DNA of 64,000 bases from Candidatus Latescibacterota bacterium (lineage in GTDB: Bacteria; Latescibacterota; UBA2968). Of the stretch, positions 35,380-45,995 are shown one piece after another (the first letter of the stretch is position 1; each line of letters starts with the position of its first letter). The notes under the pieces are model-generated. The model saw only the letters and a list, made by a program, of their open reading frames with translations, made no database searches and was not told the origin of the DNA. The position numbers and the translations under genes were made by a program. The DNA lies in NCBI GenBank assembly GCA_965207885.1, contig OZ242311.1, positions 512,001 through 576,000 of the forward strand. Direction: 5' to 3'.

Positions 35380-37365
35380 TTACCACCTGTGTACGTAATG
35401 CCCTTGCCCGGAAAACCACAGGGCATCGACCGCGAACGACAGCGCGACCCCCAGGCCATAGCCGGTGAGCAAACCGATGAAGAAAGGCTGAAAACGGCGG
35501 TAAGCAGAAACACCGCCGAAGTGCAGTACAAACAATTTGAAAGCCCAAATAATAAAAATTGAGACCTGATTGCTGCGGGCGACATTGGTGCTGCAAACCG
35601 TCAGGCCAATGGGATGCAAAGGCCACCAGGAGAAGCGATATTGCAAGAATGTGAGCAGTCCCATCAGCGCTGCGCCGCCGCCAAAAAATCCCATTCTTTG
35701 CCAGTCGGGACCAAAGGGATTGACAATTTTGCTGAGGATGACCGGATAGATTCGGTTGGTTCCCGATTTGAGGGGAATATCGTTGAAATTGAAGGCCCCT
35801 CTTTCATAACTCAGGGGAATTACATAGAAAATAAATGTTAGACAGCCGACGAGCAATCCCAAAAAGACTGCGCTGAGGAGTTTGCGATGGTCGGTTTTTA
35901 TCCATTCAGACAATTTGGCAATGTGGATCAGCGCGGGCATAAACAGGCCGCGAATGTAGTTGGTGAGCGCGTAGGAGAGGGCGATTGATGTCATTGTGGG
36001 CGTTGAAAGGGCGTGTGCGCCCAGAGAGTAAATGGTGAAAATCTGTGCGCTGATCGGGGCCTGCACAAAGAGGATGCCGGTTTGAGCGACGACACGCGCT
36101 ACGCCTATGTAAATGACAAAGGTAGCTGCAGTGTAAAAGGCGATCGCTGAAAAGGCCATGCCGGATTGGTATAACCAGATAATAATAAAAAACGTTCCGA
36201 AAAACAGGCCCAAAATAGCGTTCCGATAAGACATGAGTTCCCCGCTGTCGTCGATGGGGTATTGCGGATTTACGGCTTTGAGGAAGACGGCTTTGAGGTG
36301 GTGGCGAGAGATGTACAATCCCCAAAAAACGAAAAAACACAGCGCGCCAAAACACAACCAGCCCGCGCCGGAAAAGTGAAGCGCGCCATAGGGGTCGCCG
36401 CGGCCGGGCATATCAAATCCGATGCGATTTAAGAGGCCACCTGGAATTTGGTAAAATAGGAGATGGAAGAACCACATGCTGAATAGCACATCGAGGTTGG
36501 CAAAATAGGCAAAGCCCATGATATAGATATTGAATCGGGGGAAGATGGGAGGATAGCCTTTGGCAAAATAGAAAAAGGGAAGTGTCAGCTTAATATCGGG
36601 TACAAGAGGAAAGAAGAAATGGAGGATATTATAGGAGAGGATGCCGGATGACAGTGCGAATCCCGCCCAGTACAGACCCCTGTATTGAAGGGATTTATCG
36701 CGTGTGGATTCTGAGGAAACGATATGCAGTGCCGGACTCAATAGGGGAAATGTCAGGCGTTCATTTTCAGACCACTGGCGGCGCAAGATAACTGCAATAC
36801 AGGCCGAGACAAAGACAATGGCAACGATGAATACAAGCCACCAGAAAAGAGGGGCAACCCATATAGACCAGGGGATTGGCGTGCCGGGCAGCGTGCCTTC
36901 GTAAAAATCGCGCATTGCACCGCCGGTATTGGGCGGTACCAAATAGGTGGGAAGGTGGGCGTGGAAGAACTCAGCCCAGCGGTTTTCTGGCGTGGCAAAA
37001 TAATAGGGTGTGGCAATGGTTCCCAGGAGAAAACCGAGCACGCCTGAGCCGGGCACTACGCCGCCTGCAAGCCCCATTGCGATAATGACCAGTTGTTCAG
37101 AGGGGGCTAAAGAGAAGGCGGGGTTCAGGGTTGACAGCAGGGGGTTGAGCAGGTAGCGGATGAGGAGAAAGAGGATGAATACAGCGACTGGAAAATGGCT
37201 GAGGTTCATGCGCGAAGCCCGCACGATATATTCTGAATAGGGTATCCAGAGGTTGATCAGAACAACGAGCGCGAGCCCCAGTACAACGGCGCGAAGACTC
37301 ACGCCACTTGTCAGGTACTCGGACAGGGATTCTGACCTGTTTTGTGGGGCTGGCGTTTTTGCCAT
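35380..37365 (-). CDS. DUF6785/DUF6784 polytopic membrane protein (putative transporter)
   Basis: RRQWSENERLTFPL, WWPLHPIG, many TM helices. Confidence 0.8.
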   Translation of the reverse strand: MAKTPAPQNRSESLSEYLTSGVSLRAVVLGLALVVLINLWIPYSEYIVRASRMNLSHFPVAVFILFLLIRYLLNPLLSTLNPAFSLAPSEQLVIIAMGLAGGVVPGSGVLGFLLGTIATPYYFATPENRWAEFFHAHLPTYLVPPNTGGAMRDFYEGTLPGTPIPWSIWVAPLFWWLVFIVAIVFVSACIAVILRRQWSENERLTFPLLSPALHIVSSESTRDKSLQYRGLYWAGFALSSGILSYNILHFFFPLVPDIKLTLPFFYFAKGYPPIFPRFNIYIMGFAYFANLDVLFSMWFFHLLFYQIPGGLLNRIGFDMPGRGDPYGALHFSGAGWLCFGALCFFVFWGLYISRHHLKAVFLKAVNPQYPIDDSGELMSYRNAILGLFFGTFFIIIWLYQSGMAFSAIAFYTAATFVIYIGVARVVAQTGILFVQAPISAQIFTIYSLGAHALSTPTMTSIALSYALTNYIRGLFMPALIHIAKLSEWIKTDHRKLLSAVFLGLLVGCLTFIFYVIPLSYERGAFNFNDIPLKSGTNRIYPVILSKIVNPFGPDWQRMGFFGGGAALMGLLTFLQYRFSWWPLHPIGLTVCSTNVARSNQVSIFIIWAFKLFVLHFGGVSAYRRFQPFFIGLLTGYGLGVALSFAVDALWFSGQGHYVHRW

Positions 37366-37388
37366 AGGTCCTGGTAGCTTCTCGCAGC

Positions 37389-38759
37389 TTATGGCGGAGA
37401 AAATGCCTCAGCTGGCAGCGATGTCGGGTCGGTCTGATCGCCGATAGCTTGTTGATCTCGCCAGTTGGGATTGTAGCGTTCTCCTGGCATGGTGGCGTGG
37501 ATCATTTCATAAACACCGTCTCCAAGGCGATCCAGAAATACAAACTCGTAGTAGTTGAGATGTTCGTAGGTCCAGATTTCAAAGGCTTTGCCCGTGGCAC
37601 TGAATGGGTTGCGCTCGATGTCTGTCGGCAAGCCGTATTTGATGTGGATGCGCCCTTGATCGGTATCCGATCCCTTTTGTCCGGGACGCGCAGAGAAGTG
37701 TTCGTCTGCATAGCGAATGCGCCTGAAATGTTCCGTGGCAAATTCGTTTTCAGGTGTTAGAGGCGTTGGGTCGCGTTTTTTCCAGAAGGTGAGGATAAAT
37801 TCTACTTTTTCTGCGGCGCTTAAAGAGGCATAAGTTTCGCGTTCGGTTTTTGTGGCGATATAGCGGATTTGTGTGTAATAGCGTTTTAAGGAGGCGGGGT
37901 CTGTTGCCAGTGCGGGTTTTTGTACAGAAAAAGCCCGCTGGCGCGTGGTCATTTTGCCCGTGCCGTTATCGCGGGCAGTGATTTCCAGTATATACTGCCC
38001 TGGCATTATGCCCTCAATGTCAAGAGATTCAGTTTTAATAGCGGTTGCGCCGGGTTTGCGATAGCGCGCCGAGGGAAAGTTTTTGATCCGCTGTCCCGCG
38101 GTATCCAGGAGGGCATAGGCGAGGTCGAAAGTTGCAGCGCGTCCCTCGCCTGTGGCAAGGCCATAGAGTTCAAAGTAGATGTTTAAGGTCGTTGCGATTG
38201 ACCTGCGCGCGTTGGGAACGATTTTGAACCCGTTCTTGACCAGATTTCTGGTGGTCTGTGTGTTTGCAGCGTCAATACGATGGGCAAACTGGATGTCGCT
38301 TATGGTCGGGGCGGCGTTGTCAAATTCGGGCATTGTAAAGGCGAGTTCACAGGTGCCTTCGGCATTGGCCTGCAAATCTTTCAGGCGAATGTGAACTCTA
38401 TAAGTGCCGGGCGCAATTCTGAAGCTCAATGCCTCTGTAATCATTTGATCGCGCAGGTCTGTTCCCGAGTCTGTGACGATCTGTTTTTCCCATTTGAAGG
38501 GCATGCTATCGCGTTTGAAAAAAAAGGTGGCTTCTACGCGATAGGCAGCCCGCTGGTGGTCGTTCAATTCACTGAAGGTGAGGTGCTGACACGGGCACTG
38601 GAGATACAGTTCGCCGTAGTTCAGGCTGTCTGGCGTATCAAAACCCGCTCTGTCGATCCAAAATGGAATGGCGCCTCGCGCCCTGACGGGAATATCTTCT
38701 CCCGAAATTGGCGCGAGGAGAGCCTGTGCGAGACACAGCGACAAAAGGATATATTTCAT
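37389..38759 (-). CDS. GWxTD-domain exported protein
   Basis: FWKKRDPTPLTPENE...RIRYADEHF...GSDTDQGRIHIKYG; signal peptide. Confidence 0.88.
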   Translation of the reverse strand: MKYILLSLCLAQALLAPISGEDIPVRARGAIPFWIDRAGFDTPDSLNYGELYLQCPCQHLTFSELNDHQRAAYRVEATFFFKRDSMPFKWEKQIVTDSGTDLRDQMITEALSFRIAPGTYRVHIRLKDLQANAEGTCELAFTMPEFDNAAPTISDIQFAHRIDAANTQTTRNLVKNGFKIVPNARRSIATTLNIYFELYGLATGEGRAATFDLAYALLDTAGQRIKNFPSARYRKPGATAIKTESLDIEGIMPGQYILEITARDNGTGKMTTRQRAFSVQKPALATDPASLKRYYTQIRYIATKTERETYASLSAAEKVEFILTFWKKRDPTPLTPENEFATEHFRRIRYADEHFSARPGQKGSDTDQGRIHIKYGLPTDIERNPFSATGKAFEIWTYEHLNYYEFVFLDRLGDGVYEMIHATMPGERYNPNWRDQQAIGDQTDPTSLPAEAFSPP

Positions 38760-38767
38760 ATCGCAAC

Positions 38768-39709
38768 TCAGAAGGAACCGCCGATATTTATCCGATAGGT
38801 GGGATCCAATAACTCGCCCATGTCGCTATACGCCATGTCCAGGGTGAAGGGGCGCTCATTGACCGAGTATTTGAGGCCAAAACCGAGTGCAAAACTCTCG
38901 GTATCGTTATTGAATTTCCAGCCACCGCGCAGTGCGAGAATATTGTGCAACCAGAGTTCGGCACCCGCGTGAATGCGGCCTTCAAAATCGACAAAGAAGG
39001 CATTTTCCGCAGCTACGGTAAGCGAAACTGGATCGCCCAGATTGCCATAGAGTTCCATTGAAGCCGCGATGCTGTAGATGAGGGGGCGGAAGGCCGTATC
39101 GTCGATGATGACGATATCCTGTCCGAAATTCTTCAGCGTCATGGCCAAACGCAAAGACCGGAACCCGGTGTAAAAGAGCGTGCCTATGGAGATATCCAGA
39201 CCGCTGTTGACATCGGTATAGAGCGTCTCTTGAATATACCGGCCCTGGGCACCAAATGACAATCGGTCGGTGAATTTGATGGCATAAGTCAGGCCAATGG
39301 CAAAGTCGCTGTCTTTAATGATATTGCCCGTGCCATTGGGCTGGAAAATGGTGGTTTCTTCAAATTCGTCGGGTGTGAAAGACAAGACCGTGATGCCTAT
39401 GGTCTGCGTGCCCAGGTTATAGGCAAAAGCCCCCGAATAAAATTTGGAATTGACCATCCACTTGTTGTATCCCAGGCTAAAAGCGGCGCGATCGATTTGC
39501 GTGATGCCCGCTGGATTCCAGAACATGGCATCGATACCCGTGCCCACTGCGGTGTACGCATCGCCCATGGCAACTGCGCGCGCGCTTTGGGAGACTTTGA
39601 GGAAGGTGAATCCGGCATTGCCGAGTTTTTTGAGCCCGGCCTCTGCGCCTGTTGCCGATAGGGCAAAGGCAGTGAAGACCAGGACGAGTGTTGTTTGTAA
39701 GCGTTTCAC
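38768..39709 (-). CDS. PorV/PorQ family outer-membrane barrel
   Basis: FTFLKV..SARAVAMGDAYTA...FWNPAG; terminal Phe. Confidence 0.88.
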   Translation of the reverse strand: MKRLQTTLVLVFTAFALSATGAEAGLKKLGNAGFTFLKVSQSARAVAMGDAYTAVGTGIDAMFWNPAGITQIDRAAFSLGYNKWMVNSKFYSGAFAYNLGTQTIGITVLSFTPDEFEETTIFQPNGTGNIIKDSDFAIGLTYAIKFTDRLSFGAQGRYIQETLYTDVNSGLDISIGTLFYTGFRSLRLAMTLKNFGQDIVIIDDTAFRPLIYSIAASMELYGNLGDPVSLTVAAENAFFVDFEGRIHAGAELWLHNILALRGGWKFNNDTESFALGFGLKYSVNERPFTLDMAYSDMGELLDPTYRINIGGSF

Positions 39710-39725
39710 GTGTTCCTCCTTTGCA

Positions 39726-42035
39726 CTATTTGATGATCATAAACATCCCGGTCTGCTTTTTGCCCGTTTCGCCAGCAACCAGAGATTCTACCACGTAGTA
39801 GTAGCGTCCGGCGGCGACGCGCCCGGAAAATGTGCGCGTGCGCTGGTCCCAGGTGGCTTCGCCCCTGTCGGGGTCGGTAGTGCGCTGTGGGTGGTTGATG
39901 ACGGCGACCAAATCTCCGGAGATTGAAAAGATGGAGATTTTTGCTTTTCGGGGTATGTTGACAAAACGAATATTGTTGCTGGCAGGTGGATACCTGTGGT
40001 CGGCATCTCCCGGGTCGTCCCGAAAGGGATTGGGAACTACGCGCACCTGTTCGGATAGCGCGTCTTTTTCAGGGGTTGCAATCACGATGGGGCTTCTGGA
40101 GACATTCATGCGCTGTTCGGGTGCGCTGTGTCCGGATTCCAAAGATGGAATGGCCCGGCCTGTGCCGTTCCAGTCGCTGTGTCCGGAATCGTAGGTGCGC
40201 ACCGAATACCAGTACCTGAAACCGGGTACGGATTCTACGTCTCGATAGGTGTAGGTTCCCCCATCGGCGTAGGAGATCGTGGGCGATGTCCAGGGCGTGC
40301 CGGGTGCGTATTCCGTGTTGGATGGGGTAGTTCCTTTGGGGATATCAGCCACGAGTTCCCAGGGTCCCAGGTGGTTGTTTTGGGTGCGATAGACCCGATA
40401 GCCCTGCACATCCAGGGCTTCATCGCCCGTATAATCCGGGTCAGGGGACTTTTCAGCCCGGTCAGACCATGTGATGGCGTTGTTCCCGTTTTCGTCGCTA
40501 TCTACAAATACGGCAACATCGGGAGGCGCGTCTGGCAGGTCGTAATTGTTGTCGTAGGCAAATTGCGCGCGTTCCAAATGGAGGGCCATTGCCCGTTCGC
40601 CGTCGGCGACCTGGCTCTGGTTGCCCTGGCGCGCCCATTCGTAAACATCCATGGGACTGCCGCCGGGACCGGCAAATTCGGCACCCGATCCGGCGACCCA
40701 GGCGACCACGACTTTGGCTTTTTCACCGGGGGCGAGATCATAAGGTCCGTAGGTGTGTGCGAAGGTTACGCGGCTGACTTTGGAGGGATTGTCCTGGACA
40801 GCTGGAACTCTACCTGAACCAATGAATTCATTGTAGAGATTTTCGTCGCTATTCAGGTTGGTAATATCTGGGGTGTCCCAATCGAAGCGCCCGTAGATCT
40901 CCCACCAGTTGGCGAAGGCGGGCTGGTCCATTGTTTTGGGGGCCACGTAGGTCTCGTTGTCGTTGGTGAACCCGTCGGTGGGATCGTAATCGAGGGGTGC
41001 CAGGCCGATGTACTGGAAAGCCATGAGTTCGCCGTGGTTGAGCTGGCCCCGGTTGATATAGGCTGACTTGGCGTTGTTTTTATCGAAAGGCTGACCCGTG
41101 TCGTCTCCGGCCGAAGAGAGCAGATCACTGTCATAGACATAAGAGATTTTCTTGCCACGGAGATCGGCCAGGCCATCGAAGTTGGACGCTCCGCTGTATT
41201 TGTACCAGTCGTCCAGGATGATCGGGTCGGAATACGCCCACGGTACGGTTTGGTTCTGCCAGCGGTGCCCGGCCCACGATGGGGCGAGGTTGTTCACAAA
41301 GGCGAAATAGACATCCTCGTGATCAACGGGTAGCCCCGCATCGGGTGTGCCGTCTCCGTTGTTATCTCCGGTGTTTTCGATGATGACTTCGAGAATAATA
41401 AAGTCGTCGTAGTCCGGATAACTCCACGCTCTGGCTTTGCGGGTAATGGTGAGGCCGCGTTCTGTCGTCCATTTAGAGATGACGATTTCTTCGGCCTCAT
41501 TGTCGTTGGGAATATAACGTCCGTAATCGTAGTTGTGGATTTCGATGGGTTCGTCGGCCACCAGTGCAGGTGCTCCGGGCCAGTAATTGGCCGTGGTATT
41601 GCCCGTGAGGGGCGATCGGGTTTCAATGCCCAGACCGCGTTCTGGACCCGAAGCCGCATCGTAGATCATTTCAAAGATGTCGTCGGTATTGTAGCGCGGG
41701 TTAGAGATCGATACATTGTGTGATCCCCCTTCTCTGGTAAAAACCCAAAAACCCTCGCCCTGGCTGGTGTGATAGCGGTGGTCGTTGTCCTGTCCAATGA
41801 TCCAGTATTCGGTAAAATCGCGCTCGCCAATGCCCCAGCCGGGATACATTAAGCCGGCATCTGCACCCAGGCGGCTGTCGTCGCGCAGGCCCTGTGTACC
41901 GGTATTGCGAAAGGTAGCCCAGAGCTTGCCCCGGGTCAGGTGGCGTTGAAGTTCGGGTTGCTGGGCACAGATTTCGGATGCAAATACCAGCACACACAGA
42001 ACGCCCATCCATCCGATGTGTTTTAATGGATACAT
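39726..42035 (-). CDS. Secreted protein with T9SS/FlgD-like C-terminal sorting domain
   Basis: Signal peptide, FN3-like GYRVYR segment, VRVVPNPF...ISIFSISGDLV...WD...GRYYYVVE...FMIIK. Confidence 0.8.
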   Translation of the reverse strand: MYPLKHIGWMGVLCVLVFASEICAQQPELQRHLTRGKLWATFRNTGTQGLRDDSRLGADAGLMYPGWGIGERDFTEYWIIGQDNDHRYHTSQGEGFWVFTREGGSHNVSISNPRYNTDDIFEMIYDAASGPERGLGIETRSPLTGNTTANYWPGAPALVADEPIEIHNYDYGRYIPNDNEAEEIVISKWTTERGLTITRKARAWSYPDYDDFIILEVIIENTGDNNGDGTPDAGLPVDHEDVYFAFVNNLAPSWAGHRWQNQTVPWAYSDPIILDDWYKYSGASNFDGLADLRGKKISYVYDSDLLSSAGDDTGQPFDKNNAKSAYINRGQLNHGELMAFQYIGLAPLDYDPTDGFTNDNETYVAPKTMDQPAFANWWEIYGRFDWDTPDITNLNSDENLYNEFIGSGRVPAVQDNPSKVSRVTFAHTYGPYDLAPGEKAKVVVAWVAGSGAEFAGPGGSPMDVYEWARQGNQSQVADGERAMALHLERAQFAYDNNYDLPDAPPDVAVFVDSDENGNNAITWSDRAEKSPDPDYTGDEALDVQGYRVYRTQNNHLGPWELVADIPKGTTPSNTEYAPGTPWTSPTISYADGGTYTYRDVESVPGFRYWYSVRTYDSGHSDWNGTGRAIPSLESGHSAPEQRMNVSRSPIVIATPEKDALSEQVRVVPNPFRDDPGDADHRYPPASNNIRFVNIPRKAKISIFSISGDLVAVINHPQRTTDPDRGEATWDQRTRTFSGRVAAGRYYYVVESLVAGETGKKQTGMFMIIK

Positions 42036-42059
42036 GTTATTGCTCCTCAGATAATGAAA

Positions 42060-45000
42060 TTAAAATCCAATTTGGAGACCTATGCTGATCTCTCGAGGCC
42101 GACCGGCCCAGCGGTGGTATTCTTTGGTATCGCCGTAGTTGATATAGTTTTTGTCCGTGGGTTTGGGCATGTCCATGCCGTAGAGATACCAGAGTTCGGC
42201 CTGTGGGCCCTGATTGTGTCGATCAAACCAGGGACCGCGCCAGAAATATTCGGTGGCCGGGTCGCGCTGGTTGAAGAAGTTGTACACGTTCATAAACAGG
42301 GTGGCTTCGGTTCGACCTGTGCGGAAGCGTTTTTCCAAAGACAGGTGGGTCTTGGTTTCCATAGGTCCAAATCGCTCGACATTGCCCTGTGTGGGATGCG
42401 GAATGCTGATTCGGCGTCCCGTTTTCAGGGTGTTGATCACATTGAGCCTGAAGCCGCCGAGGGCTGGGCCGTAATGCATGGGCGTTTCATACGTAAACGC
42501 GATTTTCATGGTGCCGCGTCGGTCGCCAAAACCAGCGGTTTCTGCGCGTCCCCCACGACCCGCACTGCGATCAGAGGTGGTGTTGCGGGTGAAGTAAAAG
42601 ACGCCTGAAAGATTTTCCACTTCCTGAATTTCGCTGTCGGTCAACGGATTCCAATCGGGGTTGGTGCCCTCTCGAATGGTCTGGATATAGCGGTCTGCTT
42701 CGGCGCCGATGTCCTGAATTTGCTGCGATGTGAGCGGCACTTTTGCTTCTGAGCCATCGTCGCTGGCATTGACTACACCGTCGCCATTGGTGTCTTTGGT
42801 GTGCTGGACGAAATAGAGATCTGATGCGATAAATTGCGAGTTGGGAAAGTAGATGATCCGGTTGATTCCCGCGTTGCCTCCCGACTGCCACTGGTGGTTG
42901 TAGGCGACCTGGAAGGAGAAGTTCTGGCTGAAGTCCTTTCGGAGGCTCATTTCAAATCCCCGATTGTCTGTAAAGACATAGCCCAGAGGTGTGTTGCGTC
43001 CCCTTTGGCTTTTGCGACTGGGGTCACGCCAGTGGGCTCTGCCGAATCGAACCTGACCATCTACGCTTTGCTGATAAGTCGTGAAGCTCAGGACATAGTC
43101 CTGATAGAAGTTCCAGTCTGTGCCCACCTCAAAATTGGTGGAGCGTTTGTAATCGAGGTGGGGATTGCCCGTGGTGGCTGGCTGGTTGTTTTTATTGAGC
43201 CATTCGGTATCGTCGATTTGGCCATTGTCGTTGAAGTCTTCCGGGGGTGCAACGCCGCGCCATTCGTAGGAATAGAGGTGCCAGAACCCGGGCATCTGAT
43301 GAAAGATGCCGTAGGAAAATCGAATGATGGCATTGGCCGTAATGGGGTGTGAAACACCCAGGCGAGGGCTCCATGCCGATTTGGTGGATACAGAGGTGCG
43401 CGGCATAAATTTGCGCTGCCGAGACCAGGAGTTGGTCATAGGTGCTCCGCTCCAGGCATTGTTGGCAAGTGGGGAGTAAAAATCGCCGTTGTGGTCGTGT
43501 CTGTCGTAGCGGATGCCCAGGTTGACGATGATGCCTTCAAATTCCATTTTGTCCTGGAGGTAAAAGGCGGATTGGATGGGGTTAATGGGTTCGCCCATTT
43601 CGTAGGGCACGCCCGCGAGTTGATAGCGCGATTTGCCCGCCTGAGGCCAGTTGATCTGGTTCCACCAGTAGGTGTGTCGCGTCAGATCAATGCCGGTTTT
43701 GATAAAGTGGTTCTTGTTGATCTGGCTGGAATAATCGAGTTTGAAGTTGAGGCGGGCGCGGTGGTCGTTGATCCAGATGGAGACCCGTCTGGGGCCAATG
43801 GTGAATACCCCGTCCTGATCTTTTCTGAGCGGTTCTGTAATGCCGCCGCCAAATTGGCTGGTGACACCCGGCACATTGGTTGTGTCTGTGGCGTCGCGGT
43901 AATAGGATAAGCGGGCTTCGTAAAAGGTTTTGTTGCTCAGGGTATGTGTGAGGGATATGTATGCCAGGTCGTGTTTGACGTTGGCGATGCCTGCACCAGC
44001 TTCACCTGCGGGCAGGAAAATGTCGATGCCCTGGAGTTCTCGACCAACGGTGCGCTTGACGCCCTGTACCCAGCTTTCCCCCTCGCCGACCTGATAGGCT
44101 TCGTGACGTGCATAGACCCCGCCGACTTTAACTTTTATGTTGGATTGCACATCCCAGGCCAGTTTGTAGGTGCCTTTGATGTTGTAGGGCGATTCGATCC
44201 AGCGGGCGGTTTGTGGAGATGTTGAGACGGCCTGGTGGAAGATGCCGCGTTTGGTGGGAGAGGGAAAATGCGAGGCTTGTCCCTCGTGCTGTGCCGTGAC
44301 AAAAAAGGAGGCATTTCCCAGCAATGGACCCGAGAGTGACCCATCGACTTCATAACCGTGAATGCCCGTGTAGTCCGTGCGCTCGTGCGCCAGGCGGGTG
44401 ATGTCGTCGCCCGTTCCCATCTGGCGGTCTGGACCGGGATCTGTGTATGTTTCATTTTCCCAGGTCGCATCGCCCCATTTCATTCTGCCTTTGTGGATGG
44501 GGCTGTCATAGACATTGCCACCCCAGTGTTTTTTGCCCGGTGGAATATAGGTGAAGCCGCCTTTGCCGTGAAAATTTTTGCCTCCTTCTCGGGTGATGAT
44601 GTGAATGGCGCCAGATGTTGCATTGCCGTATTCGGCTTCCATCCCGCCAGTGATGACGGTGATTTCTTGCACGGCGTCGCTGTTGACTCCGACAAATTGA
44701 ACATCGCCCCGGGCAGTGCCCGCATCCATGACGACGCCATCCACATAGACGAGTGTTTCCGAGTTGCCCCGGTTGCCCTGGTAGCTGCCGCGAATGGCGG
44801 GTTCGTTGTTGTCGAGAGAGACGCCTGCCTGAAGGCTCATGAGTTCTGAGGTGCTTGCCGCTGTCGATAGCCGATCTATCGTATCACCACCCATGATGTA
44901 TTTGCTCGTGGTTTTGTCTCTTTCCACGGGTGGGCGTTCAGCGACAACTGTGAGTTCGGCCAATTCGACGGTGGTTTCTTTGAGTTGAAAGTTGAGAGGC

Positions 45001-45281
45001 GTGGTGAAGTCCGTTTTGACCGATACATCGCTCTGGGTTTGATTGGTATATCCGATAAGCGAAGCTGTGAGCGCGTATCGTCCCGGTAGAATATTGATGA
45101 TAAAATAGCTGCCATCGGCATCTGCCACAGCGCCGAGTCGCGTACCTTCTACGATTACATTGGCGCCGGGAAGGGGATTGCCCTGATCGTCTTTGATGAC
45201 ACCGGCGATTTTACCCGTGGTGCCCGCATAGAGATGAGAGGCAAAACACAGAAGTAAGCATATCATAGCTATTCGTTTCAT
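42060..45281 (-). CDS. TonB-dependent receptor with carboxypeptidase-regulatory-like N-domain
   Basis: GKIAGVI...LPGANV, ITGGMEAEYGNA plug, SPRLGVSHPI, PREISIGLQIGF end. Confidence 0.92.
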   Translation of the reverse strand: MKRIAMICLLLCFASHLYAGTTGKIAGVIKDDQGNPLPGANVIVEGTRLGAVADADGSYFIINILPGRYALTASLIGYTNQTQSDVSVKTDFTTPLNFQLKETTVELAELTVVAERPPVERDKTTSKYIMGGDTIDRLSTAASTSELMSLQAGVSLDNNEPAIRGSYQGNRGNSETLVYVDGVVMDAGTARGDVQFVGVNSDAVQEITVITGGMEAEYGNATSGAIHIITREGGKNFHGKGGFTYIPPGKKHWGGNVYDSPIHKGRMKWGDATWENETYTDPGPDRQMGTGDDITRLAHERTDYTGIHGYEVDGSLSGPLLGNASFFVTAQHEGQASHFPSPTKRGIFHQAVSTSPQTARWIESPYNIKGTYKLAWDVQSNIKVKVGGVYARHEAYQVGEGESWVQGVKRTVGRELQGIDIFLPAGEAGAGIANVKHDLAYISLTHTLSNKTFYEARLSYYRDATDTTNVPGVTSQFGGGITEPLRKDQDGVFTIGPRRVSIWINDHRARLNFKLDYSSQINKNHFIKTGIDLTRHTYWWNQINWPQAGKSRYQLAGVPYEMGEPINPIQSAFYLQDKMEFEGIIVNLGIRYDRHDHNGDFYSPLANNAWSGAPMTNSWSRQRKFMPRTSVSTKSAWSPRLGVSHPITANAIIRFSYGIFHQMPGFWHLYSYEWRGVAPPEDFNDNGQIDDTEWLNKNNQPATTGNPHLDYKRSTNFEVGTDWNFYQDYVLSFTTYQQSVDGQVRFGRAHWRDPSRKSQRGRNTPLGYVFTDNRGFEMSLRKDFSQNFSFQVAYNHQWQSGGNAGINRIIYFPNSQFIASDLYFVQHTKDTNGDGVVNASDDGSEAKVPLTSQQIQDIGAEADRYIQTIREGTNPDWNPLTDSEIQEVENLSGVFYFTRNTTSDRSAGRGGRAETAGFGDRRGTMKIAFTYETPMHYGPALGGFRLNVINTLKTGRRISIPHPTQGNVERFGPMETKTHLSLEKRFRTGRTEATLFMNVYNFFNQRDPATEYFWRGPWFDRHNQGPQAELWYLYGMDMPKPTDKNYINYGDTKEYHRWAGRPREISIGLQIGF

Positions 45282-45293
45282 TCGCGGGTCTCC

Positions 45294-45995
45294 TTAATTT
45301 AAGTTGAATTTGATACCGGCACCGATATCGATGAGGTTAAAGGGGTATGTTTTTTCAATGCCCCAAATGAGAAAGGGACGCAATTCTCCCATCACGATAT
45401 TGTAGCGCGCGCGCACATCTAACGCGGCTTTGTCTCCCAGGCCAATTTGAACCCCGCCGCCAAAGCTGGCACTGAAAGCTGTGCGCGTGTCATTAACAGG
45501 TTCCAGGAGGATGTTTGGATCGGGAGGCGCACCGGCACCCGAAGGCGTTTGACCAGCAAAGATCAGACCGCTGACTTTGCTGGCGTAATCGTGCAGGCCC
45601 GCGCCAAATGTGAGATAGGTCGTTGTGCCCTGGCCAAACCCCTGTTCCCTCAATGCAAATAGCCAGTTGGCGTGGATGCTGTTGATAGTCATGTTGGCTT
45701 CGGCCTGTGGACTGGTGTATTCTTTGCCGTCGCTGAAGCTGAAGGTGCGCGTTTCAAGGCTGCCGTCGTTAAAGCGGGCGTGGTGAAATTCCACCTCGAC
45801 CATCTTGCGCTTGTGATAGATATAGTGCGCTGTACCCCCAAACTTGGTACCGCTGTCGTACATGTCTTTGAAGTTGAAGAGGGGAATGTAGAAGTCAAAA
45901 AAGCCGCCAGCGCCGAAAGCTCCTTCTCCTGCGGTTGCCTGCGCGTTTGGCAACAGGGCCGCAACGCATAAAATCAAGAGTAATTTTTTCAACAA
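45294..45995 (-). CDS. Outer-membrane beta-barrel protein (OmpA/OmpW-like)
   Basis: Signal peptide, amphipathic strands, TTG start with AAGGAG RBS. Confidence 0.75.
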   Translation of the reverse strand: MLKKLLLILCVAALLPNAQATAGEGAFGAGGFFDFYIPLFNFKDMYDSGTKFGGTAHYIYHKRKMVEVEFHHARFNDGSLETRTFSFSDGKEYTSPQAEANMTINSIHANWLFALREQGFGQGTTTYLTFGAGLHDYASKVSGLIFAGQTPSGAGAPPDPNILLEPVNDTRTAFSASFGGGVQIGLGDKAALDVRARYNIVMGELRPFLIWGIEKTYPFNLIDIGAGIKFNLN

